Assembly (NCBI GenBank): GCA_021818465.1 | Contig: JAKAEA010000001.1 | Coordinates: 169,972-233,971 of the forward strand | Length of the DNA stretch: 64,000 bases | Reading direction: 5' to 3' | DNA from: a bacterium | Lineage (GTDB): Bacteria; Patescibacteriota; Minisyncoccia; Phycocordibacterales; JAKAEA01 | Shown: positions 1 to 8,835 of the stretch, in pieces | Layout of the letters: each line of letters opens with the position of its first letter | How positions within the stretch are numbered: the first letter of the stretch is position 1 | Made by a program: the position numbers and the translations under genes | The notes under the pieces: model-generated | Databases searched by the model: none | Told to the model about the DNA's origin: nothing | Seen by the model: the letters and a program-made list of their open reading frames with translations, nothing else

Positions 1-1323
1 GCTGCAGAAAAATTTAATCAGCAACCATTTTCGTATATACCCGCCAGCATCGATGTTTTACTTGTTACTCATGCCCACGCTGACCACATCGGTCGCATTC
101 CGAAGCTCGTTAAAGACGGTTTTCGTGGCCGTATTTATTCTACGCCGGCAACACGAGACTTGGCCGAAGTGATGCTCGCCGATGCGGTGCATTTGCTCAC
201 AGAAGAATCGGGTCATCTGCATAAACCCGCATTGTATGAAGAAACCGATGTGCAAACGGCATTTTCGTTGTGGCACACTATTCCTTATTACACACCCACT
301 GATATTGGCGGCTGTGTTTCAATGATTGCCAAAGATTCAGGTCATATTCTTGGTGCGGCTATGTATGAACTACATGTTGGCACCAACGTCTGCCCCACAC
401 TTGGAGCGTTTACACCAAAAACGGGTGGCACGGTACCTACAGCGCAAAAAAAATATGGTGAAACTGTCATTGTCTTCACTGGTGATCTTGGCAATTCACC
501 AGCACTTTTTTTGCGTGATACCGACAGCATTGCTGGCGCCGATTATCTCGTAATGGAATCTGTATATGGAGACCGCAATCACGAGTCAAAAGAAAAACGC
601 CGCGCTGAGTTAGCTGCCGTTATCACTGACACGGCTCGACGTAATCGCACGCTCATCATTCCAGCATTTTCATTAGAACGCACCCAAGATATTCTTTTTG
701 AAATGAATGAGTTAGAACGTGCCGGAAAGATCCCCAGTATTCCAATATATATAGATTCGCCACTTGCTCAAAAGGTAACGGATATTTATCGTCGCTACAG
801 TGATAGTTATAATGATCGTGCCAAAAAACTTTTAGCGGCTGGTGATAAAGATATTTTCGCCGTACCCAAACTTACACGCATAGAAAATAATCGCGAATCG
901 GAACGTGTTGATAGTTTTCCTAATCCTAAAATTATTATGGCTGGTTCAGGTATGTCGGTTGGCGGTAGAATTATTCGCCACGAGCAACACTTTTTACCTG
1001 ATCGCAATACCACGCTACTTTTGGTAGGGTATCAGGCCTTGGGAACGCTCGGACGCGCTCTAGAAGAGGGCGTGCCAGAGGTTACTATTGCTGGTGAGCG
1101 CGTGCCGGTTCGCGCTGAAATAAAAACGATACTCGGGTATTCATCGCATAAGGATTCCGACCACTTGGTAGAGTTTGTTAGTGGAGCCGCATCCACTTTA
1201 AAAAAAGTTTTTGTTGCGATGGGCGAGCCCAAATCAGAGCTTTTCTTGGCTCAACGAATTCACGACTATCTTGGTGTAAATGCCGTGGTGCCCAAACTCG
1301 GTGACACGAGTACGTTATCTTAA
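1..1323 (+). CDS. MBL-fold metallo-hydrolase with beta-CASP-like C-terminal region (RNase J/CPSF-like RNA-metabolising enzyme), 5' end cut by window edge
   Basis: Frame-1 reading frame is open from nt 1 (AAEKFNQQPF...), stop at 1321-1323. HxHxDH zinc motif (LLVTHAHADHIG) near the start. Further conserved His/Asp (IIRHEQH, GYSSHKDSDHL) typical of the beta-CASP C-terminal part. Confidence 0.7.
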   Translation, partial: AAEKFNQQPFSYIPASIDVLLVTHAHADHIGRIPKLVKDGFRGRIYSTPATRDLAEVMLADAVHLLTEESGHLHKPALYEETDVQTAFSLWHTIPYYTPTDIGGCVSMIAKDSGHILGAAMYELHVGTNVCPTLGAFTPKTGGTVPTAQKKYGETVIVFTGDLGNSPALFLRDTDSIAGADYLVMESVYGDRNHESKEKRRAELAAVITDTARRNRTLIIPAFSLERTQDILFEMNELERAGKIPSIPIYIDSPLAQKVTDIYRRYSDSYNDRAKKLLAAGDKDIFAVPKLTRIENNRESERVDSFPNPKIIMAGSGMSVGGRIIRHEQHFLPDRNTTLLLVGYQALGTLGRALEEGVPEVTIAGERVPVRAEIKTILGYSSHKDSDHLVEFVSGAASTLKKVFVAMGEPKSELFLAQRIHDYLGVNAVVPKLGDTSTLS

Positions 1324-1329
1324 ATTCAA

Positions 1330-1674
1330 TTATTTACTTGCGGCAATAATGTGTGAGAAAACAGTGGAGTGGTTGGCAGCTAAATCAGAAAGTATTTTTC
1401 GATCCAAAACAATTCCTTTTTTCTTTAAGGCGCCAATAAATTTGCTATAAGAAAGCCCCTGGGCTTCTAGTGCGGCATTAATACGAACTATCCAAAGTTT
1501 ACGAAAATCATTTTTCTTGTCGCGGCGGTGGGCAAATGCGTAAGCACCGGCATGCATAAGAGCTTCTGAAGCGGCGCGTTCTTTTTTGGATCGGCCAAAA
1601 CGATAGCCTTTTGCTTGGCGTAAAATATTACGACGACTTTTAAGAGCATTAACACCTTTTTTAACACGAGTCAT
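1330..1674 (-). CDS. rplT: 50S ribosomal protein L20
   Basis: 114-aa product MTRVKKGVNALKSRRNILRQAKGYRFGRSKK... is a full-length match to the L20 family. Sits in the canonical infC-rpmI-rplT order. Confidence 0.92.
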   Translation of the reverse strand: MTRVKKGVNALKSRRNILRQAKGYRFGRSKKERAASEALMHAGAYAFAHRRDKKNDFRKLWIVRINAALEAQGLSYSKFIGALKKKGIVLDRKILSDLAANHSTVFSHIIAASK

Positions 1675-1685
1675 AGTAGTATGGG

Positions 1686-1874
1686 TTATTTAGTAGCTAA
1701 AAAACGAGAAAAATCTTTATTTTTCATTATAAGAGCAGCGGAACGGCGACGACCGAGGCGCTTATTACGACTTTCTTTGGCATTGAAATGATTTTGGCCA
1801 GCTTTGCGGGCAATAATTTTTCCGCGCCGAGTTACTCTGAGTCGCTTTGTATAGGATTTGTTTGTCTTAATCAT
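1686..1874 (-). CDS. rpmI: 50S ribosomal protein L35
   Basis: Lys/Arg-rich 62-aa product MIKTNKSYTKRLRVTRRGK.... ATG at 1872-1874 preferred over the TTG-extended ORF that ends at 1889. Immediately downstream of infC. Confidence 0.85.
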   Translation of the reverse strand: MIKTNKSYTKRLRVTRRGKIIARKAGQNHFNAKESRNKRLGRRRSAALIMKNKDFSRFLATK

Positions 1875-1875
1875 G

Positions 1876-2364
1876 TTATGTTCGTTCAATTACCACGATG
1901 AGGCCTTTGGGACCCTTCTTGGGAGCTTCGGCAATTTTATATTCCTCACTGATAAGATGTAGCACACGCTCCATTCGTTCTTTGAGGAAGTTGAAGTCCA
2001 TATACTTGGACCGGCCAATTAAAAAGAGCTCAATCTTGACTCGATGGCCTTCCCGAAGCCATTCCGAGGCTTTTCTGGCCTTTAAATCAAGGTCGTGCTC
2101 GCCAGTTCCGATTTTGACCTGGATATTCTTGGTTTCCGTGGTCTTACTCTTGGCTTTAGCGGCTCGCTCTTTTTTGCTTTCAGCGTACAAGAATTTACCA
2201 TATTCCATCAATTTTGCAATAGGGGGCACTGTATTGGGAGAAATTTCAATCAAATCAACACCGCGTTCCTCGGCGAGTTTGAGGGCGGTAGAAAGTGGCA
2301 TAACGCCGATATTCCCCTCATCACCGATAACCCGAATTTCTCGGGCAGTGATCTGATGATTGAT
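1876..2364 (-). CDS. infC: translation initiation factor IF-3, with probable non-AUG (ATC/ATT-type) start
   Basis: The ORF from the internal Met (1876..2301) encodes the IF-3 C-domain and linker (LIEISPNTVPPIAKLMEYGKF...). The same frame stays open upstream and encodes the conserved IF-3 N-terminus INHQITAREIRVIGDEGNIGV without any ATG. A stop (TAG) lies ~30 codons upstream. The ATC at 2362-2364 is the most plausible start, and IF-3 is classically AUU/AUC-initiated. Confidence 0.8.
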   Translation of the reverse strand: MNHQITAREIRVIGDEGNIGVMPLSTALKLAEERGVDLIEISPNTVPPIAKLMEYGKFLYAESKKERAAKAKSKTTETKNIQVKIGTGEHDLDLKARKASEWLREGHRVKIELFLIGRSKYMDFNFLKERMERVLHLISEEYKIAEAPKKGPKGLIVVIERT

Positions 2365-2498
2365 TCGTGTGTGAGGTTTTGGCAGGGTAGTGAAAGGTGA
2401 TTGCTAATTGAGTACTGTTACTCTTCAGTAAGAGAACTATAACACAATTTACTATACGATATCAATACATTGATAAATCTCACCTTTTTTCAACGAAG

Positions 2499-2879
2499 TG
2501 GAGATGGGCGGAATCGAACCGCCGTGCAGGAGGGATTCAAAAGATGATTCTACGAAGTCTAGCCGCTTTTAAAAATTTAGATCAAACGGATAAGAAAGAA
2601 GCAAAATTTCCGAAAGATCGAGTCGCGTACATTCGGCTGGCGATGCGACGGCCGCTAGCTATAGTCCGGAAATAAGCATCGACTACTAGCGGACGGACGC
2701 CGCTGGCGCGATGTCGCTTAGGCCGTAGCGTAAGCGAATGCAGGAGCGCCCTTAAAATAAGGGGAGGCTACGCTGCCAAGTGCTGTAGTGGCACTTAAAA
2801 TTTGTGTCAGATTAAGGAGTTAACACAGCTCCACGTCGCTCATCTAGTGAACAAACTCCTGTCTAGGCCGATCATCCCC
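2499..2879 (-). ncRNA. ssrA: tmRNA (transfer-messenger RNA, SsrA)
   Basis: On the minus strand the 5' end reads GGGGAUGAUCGGCCUAGACAGGAG... and the 3' end reads ...GGCGGUUCGAUUCCGCCCAUCUCCAC (tRNA-like T-arm plus acceptor). The 7-bp acceptor helix has a G3-U pair, the AlaRS identity element. ~380 nt with no ORF of 60 aa or more. Internal tag frame is GCC ACU ... GCU UAC GCU ACG GCC UAA (ATTALGSVASPYFKGAPAFAYATA*). smpB is adjacent. Confidence 0.88.
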
Positions 2880-2988
2880 CGCCAAAGTTTAATTTTTTAT
2901 TAAACTCTCGCAGGGAAGGACTTCCTGACAGTTTTTAATTTTCAAATGTCTCTTAGATTACTACGGATGACTCGAAGAAAAGTGTCAC

Positions 2989-3450
2989 TTACCGGTCGCT
3001 CCATTCGCGGCGGATTTGACGTTCGGTATCACGCTTCTTAAGCGTTTCGCGCTTATCAAATTTTTTCTTGCCGCGCGCCAAAACAATTTCCACCTTCAGT
3101 TTTCGTGCTTTATTATACACTGAAATAGGCACTATTGTCAATCCTTTAGCGGAACCAGTGCCAACGTTGGCTAAACGGCTGATCTCAACTTGAGTTAAAA
3201 GGAGTTTGCGTGGTCGATCACTAGAAGCTTCACTGTTGCCTCCAGCTATATTACCGGGTTGATAAGGTGGAATGGTCATTTTTTCTAACCAGACTTCGCG
3301 GCCGCGTACTACAATATAGGCGCCATCTAATGAGCCGCGGCCAGCACGAAGTGATTTTACTTCTGCTCCGTTAAGTTCTATACCAGCTTCAAAATGCTCC
3401 AAAAATTCGTAGTTAAAACTGGCTTTTCGGTTGGAAATCAAGGCTGCCAT
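2989..3450 (-). CDS. smpB: SsrA-binding protein SmpB
   Basis: 153-aa product with the SmpB family signature (GIELNGAEVKSLR...GREVWLEKMTIPPY) and a basic C-terminal tail. Next to ssrA. Confidence 0.9.
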   Translation of the reverse strand: MAALISNRKASFNYEFLEHFEAGIELNGAEVKSLRAGRGSLDGAYIVVRGREVWLEKMTIPPYQPGNIAGGNSEASSDRPRKLLLTQVEISRLANVGTGSAKGLTIVPISVYNKARKLKVEIVLARGKKKFDKRETLKKRDTERQIRREWSDR

Positions 3451-3506
3451 TTTCTTGTAGTATCATCCTAGCAAATCTTTGCTCAGTATTGTAGAATGTA
3501 GACCCT

Positions 3507-5582
3507 ATGACAGAAGATATCTCTCTAGAAGAAAACAATTCAAACGAGGAGCCAATGGCAGAAAATCCAGTAGTAGAGAACGAAGAGCAAAACTTCGAGG
3601 AGCCCTTTCTTGCCTCTGAGCAAGATCATGAATCAACCACTGAACCTCGTCGCGATTCTCTTTCGCCACGGCAGCCTCATAATGGTCAACGTCCACCCAA
3701 TCGTCGCCCCACCAACCAATTTATACGAAACATTTTAACGGGTTTATTCATCTTACTCATTATTGTTAGTGTCTATTCGCTCATTGCTGGTAATCCGAGT
3801 AGACATAATAAGATTCCGTTAACGCAAGTAGCCAGTGATGTAAATGCTGGTAAAGTCACTGAAATTGATGTTAATGGGGATGCACTCACCGTTCACTATG
3901 ACACTACCGATACTATTGTTAAAAAATCGCAAAAAGAGGACAGCAGTTCACTTATTGCCCAACTACAAGGTTTGGGTGTTCCGTCAAATAAAATTGAAGC
4001 GGTAACTATTAATGTGCAAAGCCCTAGTGGTTGGAGCTATTGGCTAACCAATATTATTGTTCCTATTGTTTTGCCACTTATTCTTTTGTTGGCTCTAGCG
4101 TGGTTTATTACTCGTCAAATGCGCGGCGCTGGTATGCAAGCATTTACTTTCGGTCAGTCAAAGGCGCGTATTATTTCACCTGACGATACTAAACAGCGCG
4201 TGACCTTTAAAGATGTGGCTGGTGCTAAAGAAGCCAAAGAAGAACTTATGGAAATCGTGGATTTTCTTAAGAATCCAAGAAAATTTATTGAAATTGGTGC
4301 ACGTATTCCCAAAGGCATCATTTTAATGGGTCCCCCTGGCAGTGGAAAAACCCTACTCGCCCGAGCCGTCAGTGGGGAAGCGCGCGTTGCTTTCTTCTCT
4401 ATTTCCGGTTCGGAGTTTGTGGAAATGTTTGTGGGTGTTGGCGCCAGTCGCGTGCGTGACTTATTTAAACTTGCTAAACAAGCGGCACCGGCGATTATCT
4501 TCGTTGATGAGATTGACGCGGTGGGCCGGGTGCGCGGCACAGGTGTCGGTGGTGGTAATGACGAGCGCGAACAAACGCTCAATCAAATCCTTGTGGAAAT
4601 GGACGGTTTTGAACCAAATGAAAAAGTGATTGTGATGGCCGCCACTAACCGTCCTGATGTTCTTGATCCAGCTCTTTTGCGTCCTGGTCGCTTTGATCGG
4701 CGTGTGGTGATTGATCTACCTGATCGTCAGGATCGTTTCGATATTTTACGCATTCATGCGCGAATGAAGCCGTTTGCCGAAGATGTTAACCTCGAAGTTA
4801 TTGCTGAACGCACCCCCGGCTTTAGCGGTGCCGATCTTTATTCGCTTATGAACGAGGGCGCGATTTTAGCTGCTCGCGAAAATCGTACACGCGTTTCGCA
4901 ATACGACCTCATTCGTTCCATTGAAAAAGTTATGCTTGGGCCAGAGCGCAAAAGTCACATTCTCTCTAAACACGAAAAAGAAATTACCGCATATCATGAA
5001 GCGGGTCACGCTCTGGTTGCATCAATCTTGCCGTATGCTGATCCTGTTCATAAAATTTCTATTATTTCTCGTGGCCGTGCTGCTGGTTACACGCTCAAAT
5101 TACCACTGGAAGATCGTAAACTTCAGTCGCGCAAGGAATTTCTTGATGATATCGCTATGTCGCTGGGTGGATATGTTACGGAGAAAATTGTTTTTGGTGA
5201 TATTACCACTGGTCCGTCTAATGATTTGCAAGTTTCTACAGCAATGGCTCGCGATATGGTTACGCGCTATGGTATGAGTGAAAAACTCGGCGCTATCGCT
5301 CTTGAGGGAGAAGGTGGTCGCGCGCTTTTTGGTCGCGGTCTAGAAGATAAGGAACACTCCGAAAAAGTTGCTGGTGAAATTGATGCGGAAGTCGCCCATA
5401 TTATGAGTGAATCGCTTAAGCGTGCCGAAGACATTATTAAGAAACACCGTCCGCTTTTGGATGTGATTGCCAAGCGTCTCATTGCTGTGGAAACTATAGA
5501 GCGTGCCGAGTTTGATCAAATGCTCACTGCGCACGGTATCACCTTAAAGAAAAAAGAGGTTGAGGTTGAAATAAAAAAATAA
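3507..5582 (+). CDS. ftsH: ATP-dependent zinc metalloprotease FtsH
   Basis: AAA+ Walker A (GPPGSGKT), Walker B (IIFVDEIDA), second region of homology, HEAGH zinc motif. Two TM segments. Unusually long acidic N-terminal extension (~75 aa). Confidence 0.95.
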   Translation: MTEDISLEENNSNEEPMAENPVVENEEQNFEEPFLASEQDHESTTEPRRDSLSPRQPHNGQRPPNRRPTNQFIRNILTGLFILLIIVSVYSLIAGNPSRHNKIPLTQVASDVNAGKVTEIDVNGDALTVHYDTTDTIVKKSQKEDSSSLIAQLQGLGVPSNKIEAVTINVQSPSGWSYWLTNIIVPIVLPLILLLALAWFITRQMRGAGMQAFTFGQSKARIISPDDTKQRVTFKDVAGAKEAKEELMEIVDFLKNPRKFIEIGARIPKGIILMGPPGSGKTLLARAVSGEARVAFFSISGSEFVEMFVGVGASRVRDLFKLAKQAAPAIIFVDEIDAVGRVRGTGVGGGNDEREQTLNQILVEMDGFEPNEKVIVMAATNRPDVLDPALLRPGRFDRRVVIDLPDRQDRFDILRIHARMKPFAEDVNLEVIAERTPGFSGADLYSLMNEGAILAARENRTRVSQYDLIRSIEKVMLGPERKSHILSKHEKEITAYHEAGHALVASILPYADPVHKISIISRGRAAGYTLKLPLEDRKLQSRKEFLDDIAMSLGGYVTEKIVFGDITTGPSNDLQVSTAMARDMVTRYGMSEKLGAIALEGEGGRALFGRGLEDKEHSEKVAGEIDAEVAHIMSESLKRAEDIIKKHRPLLDVIAKRLIAVETIERAEFDQMLTAHGITLKKKEVEVEIKK

Positions 5583-5599
5583 TTGCTAATGTAGTGTCT

Positions 5600-5630
5600 C
5601 CAGCGTATACTACGGCTGGCTTGTGTTTTT
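5600..5630 (+). terminator. weak hairpin plus T-run after ftsH
   Basis: ccagc-N10-gctgg followed by cttgtgttttt. Confidence 0.3.
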
Positions 5631-5655
5631 GGTCTTTTAAAAAAGGAGAATTGGA

Positions 5656-6117
5656 ATGTTATTCAAAATATTGGCGGCGACAGTATTTGTTGCTGGCTCT
5701 CTGACACTACTTGGTAGTGTTTGTGTTTTTCTGTGTAAAGCGGTATTGGGTGGTCGGTTGTTGGCCTTGAAAGACGAATCAACGCTTTCACGTTCTGAAC
5801 GACGCACGCTACACCAGAGAAACGGCCGTCTCGTGGTGTGTGTGCTCATAGCACTTTTGGTTTGGTTGGAAGGCAGTTTACAGATTTTGGGTGTACACGC
5901 TACAGCTCCAGGTGGTTTTCCGCTTTGGTATCTTGTGGTACACATCTGTTGCTTCGCTGCTCCGGCACTGATTCTTTTTTCGTTAGCATTGTATTTTACG
6001 GGTGAGCGAGTAATGTGGCATCGCTACCTAGTATATACAGCCATCACTCTTTTTGCGGCGGCGATTGTGACTGGCGTCCCAATGTTTTTGTGGGACGTTT
6101 GGCACATAGTATACTGA
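5656..6117 (+). CDS. hypothetical integral membrane protein (about 4 TM)
   Basis: 153-aa ORF with four hydrophobic stretches. RBS-like aaaaggag 9 nt upstream of the ATG. Confidence 0.45.
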   Translation: MLFKILAATVFVAGSLTLLGSVCVFLCKAVLGGRLLALKDESTLSRSERRTLHQRNGRLVVCVLIALLVWLEGSLQILGVHATAPGGFPLWYLVVHICCFAAPALILFSLALYFTGERVMWHRYLVYTAITLFAAAIVTGVPMFLWDVWHIVY

Positions 6118-6179
6118 ACGTTATCTAAGCGATTGTCGAGTATAGCTCAGCAGTCGCTTTTTTGTGCTAACATTTTAGT

Positions 6180-6401
6180 ATGTACATACACGTACGCGTG
6201 ACTGCTGGTGCAAAAAAAGAACAATTGAGAAAAACGAAAAAAGACCATTTTGAAGCGGTGGTTACGGAAAAAGCCGAGCGAAATATGGCAAATAGGAAAG
6301 TTATTGCCCTCATCGCTTGTCATTATAAAGTGTCGATTGGGAAGGTTAGGATTGTTACGGGTCATCATGCGCCCAGTAAAATAGTAGCAGTTGATATATA
6401 A
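6180..6401 (+). CDS. DUF167 (YggU-like) family protein
   Basis: 73-aa product VRVTAGAKKEQL...ERNMANRKVIALIACHYKVSIGKVRIVTGHHAPSKIV matches the DUF167 pattern (GkANxalixxLa ... vsGxtsrxKxv). Confidence 0.55.
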   Translation: MYIHVRVTAGAKKEQLRKTKKDHFEAVVTEKAERNMANRKVIALIACHYKVSIGKVRIVTGHHAPSKIVAVDI

Positions 6402-6411
6402 TATAATGTGT

Positions 6412-7158
6412 ATGCACAAACTCTCTCAATTTTTTAATAATCAATTTGTGCCCGTTGGGGCACTACTTGGTGTGGCGCTGGTTATCGCGGCACTGATTGG
6501 TTCCTGGACGGCGATTGTAGTTAAAAATGCCAACAATACCTTGACAGTTACTGGTTCAGCAACGCAAAACGTTTCTGCGGATACAGCCAAATGGACTATC
6601 ACGGATAATCGCACAGCATTTCAAGCCGAGCTTCCCTCGGCTACCAATCAAGTGATTGCTGACGCTAAAATAATAACTGCTTTTCTCACGCATGCTGGTA
6701 TTTCTGCTGCCGATATTACACTCGGTGCTATTCACACTAATCAAGATTATTCTTATGTAAAATCTAATGTAAATTCTCCAACGCGCTATGTTGTTTCGCA
6801 AAACGTCACTGTTACTTCAAATAATCCGGAGCTCATTCAAAGTCTTGCGCAAAATACGTCGTCGCTTACTAATCAAGGTCTTATTTTGAATGTTCAAGAT
6901 CCACAATATCTCATTTCTAATTTACCGCAATATCGTATTTCATTGGCGGGCGCGGCGATGCAAGATGCTCGAGCACGCGCCGAGCAGATTGTGAAAGGAA
7001 GTGGCGAGTCGGTTGGCCCATTGCGTTCAGCCTCAACCGGCGCTGTTCAGGTGATGGCTGCCGACTCTATTGATGTTTCCGACTTTGGCACCTACGACAC
7101 GGGCACCATTAATAAAACTGTTATGGTTACCGTTCGCGCTACCTTTGCAGTGCAGTAA
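6412..7158 (+). CDS. SIMPL-domain (DUF541) secreted/membrane-anchored protein
   Basis: N-terminal hydrophobic segment then LTVTGSATQNVSADTAKWTI... typical of the SIMPL/26-kDa periplasmic immunogenic protein family. ATG at 6412 chosen to avoid overlap with the upstream gene. Confidence 0.45.
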   Translation: MHKLSQFFNNQFVPVGALLGVALVIAALIGSWTAIVVKNANNTLTVTGSATQNVSADTAKWTITDNRTAFQAELPSATNQVIADAKIITAFLTHAGISAADITLGAIHTNQDYSYVKSNVNSPTRYVVSQNVTVTSNNPELIQSLAQNTSSLTNQGLILNVQDPQYLISNLPQYRISLAGAAMQDARARAEQIVKGSGESVGPLRSASTGAVQVMAADSIDVSDFGTYDTGTINKTVMVTVRATFAVQ

Positions 7159-7176
7159 TTTTGTCTCAAAAATAAA

Positions 7177-7202
7177 ATGGTCGACTTTACAAAAGTCGAC
7201 CA
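7177..7202. terminator. perfect 9-bp hairpin between convergent genes
   Basis: atggtcgac-tttacaaaa-gtcgaccat. A run of A on the plus side gives a U-tail for the minus-strand gene 7217..7510. Confidence 0.5.
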
Positions 7203-7216
7203 TTGGCGGTCATAAT

Positions 7217-7510
7217 TTAGCCCCACGAAAATCCCGAATCATTGATCATTGCCGTTACTCGAGCAATGTCGTGGAGGCTGGAAGCTCTGACGTGGATTTT
7301 TCTTTGTTCGGTAATAGTAACTTCTACCGTCGTCACTGTTTTTCGTATGTGTTCACCGAGCTTCTCAATTTGAGCACTAGTTATAATGGGAAAACAAAAC
7401 GTTTTTTCTTCCACCATATAAAGACTCCTTATAAAATTTTTTTCGGAAACTATATCTAGCGCGTATGGTATATCGTTTATTCTAAAATTGCAAATTTGAA
7501 AAAACCGCAT
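7217..7510 (-). CDS. hypothetical protein
   Basis: 97-aa ORF followed by a terminator hairpin. No recognisable motif. Confidence 0.3.
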   Translation of the reverse strand: MRFFQICNFRINDIPYALDIVSEKNFIRSLYMVEEKTFCFPIITSAQIEKLGEHIRKTVTTVEVTITEQRKIHVRASSLHDIARVTAMINDSGFSWG

Positions 7511-7533
7511 TCCATTATGGAATGCGGTTATGT

Positions 7534-8034
7534 TTAACGAATCATTGCACTTGATGGCCGAGGTATAAGAGAATGCTCCTCTTCACAGCATATCTCTATC
7601 CACGGATGGTCTCTTCCCACGGATGCCAATACTGACATCGTATCTTTTTGCCATCGTAGATCGGCCGGATGAGGATGTTCGGTTGCAAAGCATGTCATGG
7701 CAGTATCTTTGTTCTGAAAGAGGGCGACGATAGGAGCTGAAAATCTTAACCAATTTGCAATGTCTATTTGAAAAGGATTCCGATAAAGTCGCTCGCCCCT
7801 CTTTTCAGGAGAGTAGAAGATAATATAAGAAGAAATAGCAACCATGACTGATGTTAAACTGTTACCCACGAGTACAGAACTTTCTCCGCGAAGAGCAATT
7901 TTTTCTGCCACTACTCGATTCTCATCTTTTTTGAATCCGCTTCGGATATGATAGACAGAAACCGCTTTATCAGAAGCAGTCACGACAAAAAAATGTAGCA
8001 ACATAGTAAGTCTCCTTTCAAAGTAGCAATTCAA
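7534..8034 (-). CDS. hypothetical protein
   Basis: 166-aa ORF; start uncertain (MNCYF.. or MLLHFF..). No recognisable family. Confidence 0.4.
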   Translation of the reverse strand: MNCYFERRLTMLLHFFVVTASDKAVSVYHIRSGFKKDENRVVAEKIALRGESSVLVGNSLTSVMVAISSYIIFYSPEKRGERLYRNPFQIDIANWLRFSAPIVALFQNKDTAMTCFATEHPHPADLRWQKDTMSVLASVGRDHPWIEICCEEEHSLIPRPSSAMIR

Positions 8035-8087
8035 AGTACGTATCTATCCGAATACTACTCGTTGTATAAAAAGATGCAAGAGAATTT

Positions 8088-8546
8088 TTAACTCCGAGTG
8101 TTTCGCGTAATCACAAAATGCCAGATTGACACTGCTATGAGAGCACACATCATACTTGCCACAACGTCTAGAGGATGGTGGAGACCGACATAGACGCGAG
8201 CTGCGGCGATAACCACGGTAATAGCCCACAAAACTATGCCTAACCATTTATTCCAATACATACCAACAGCCGCAAAAGCTGCTGCTAAAAGTGTGTGGTC
8301 AGAAGGGAAGCCGTTGTCGGGTGTATGGGCGATGAGTGGTGTAAAATGATCAACAACGAACGGTCGAGGATCAATATACAGATGGTTGGCGATAAGGCCG
8401 AGGATGTAGGTACATAATCCGGCTGGTAGGGCAAACAACACCATGGTTCGCCATGTTGTTCGCGGTTGGCCTAAAAAATATACACCCATAATAAGAATCG
8501 GTAGCACAAAAAGATATTCCGCTGAAAAAATAAAAAATTGATTCAT
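8088..8546 (-). CDS. PAP2-superfamily phosphatase (undecaprenyl-diphosphatase/PgpB-like)
   Basis: Polytopic membrane protein with PAP2 motifs: FPSDHT (PSGH-like) and ARVYVGLHHPLDV (SRxxxxxHxxxD). Confidence 0.7.
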   Translation of the reverse strand: MNQFFIFSAEYLFVLPILIMGVYFLGQPRTTWRTMVLFALPAGLCTYILGLIANHLYIDPRPFVVDHFTPLIAHTPDNGFPSDHTLLAAAFAAVGMYWNKWLGIVLWAITVVIAAARVYVGLHHPLDVVASMMCALIAVSIWHFVITRNTRS

Positions 8547-8726
8547 CTTTTTCTAGTAGCACTCTTTTGAGTAGACTATTTTTCTATAATACCAAAACCT
8601 TCTAAAGTACTTTTCTTCATCTGCGTATTATAACAAAATAAGAGTGACACCCATAACGTTCGATTACAATCTGGTCTCACGTTTGACTAACACAAAGAAG
8701 GAATTAAGGCCACTGAAGATTCAATG

Positions 8727-8800
8727 TCCACCCCCTTGGATTCGAACCAAGGACCGCCGAGGTATAAGCTCGGTGCTCTAACCAGCTGAGCTAGGGGTGG
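8727..8800 (-). tRNA. tRNA-Ile with anticodon UAU (reads AUA)
   Basis: Minus-strand sequence CCACCCCTAGCTCAGCTGGTTAGAGCACCGAGCTTATACCTCGGCGGTCCTTGGTTCGAATCCAAGGGGGTGGA folds as a cloverleaf. Anticodon loop CTTATAC gives anticodon TAT. Discriminator A. Confidence 0.7.
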
Positions 8801-8835
8801 GTAAGGAGAACTATACTCCAAAATGAGCAGGGTTT

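Noticed and set aside
1898-2400. Plus-strand 152- and 101-aa ORFs opposite infC
   Set aside because: Antisense to the conserved IF-3 coding sequence including its N-domain.
4154-5534. Several 64-142 aa ORFs on both strands inside ftsH
   Set aside because: Shadow ORFs within a strongly supported conserved gene. Compositionally biased (Ser/Arg/Pro-rich).
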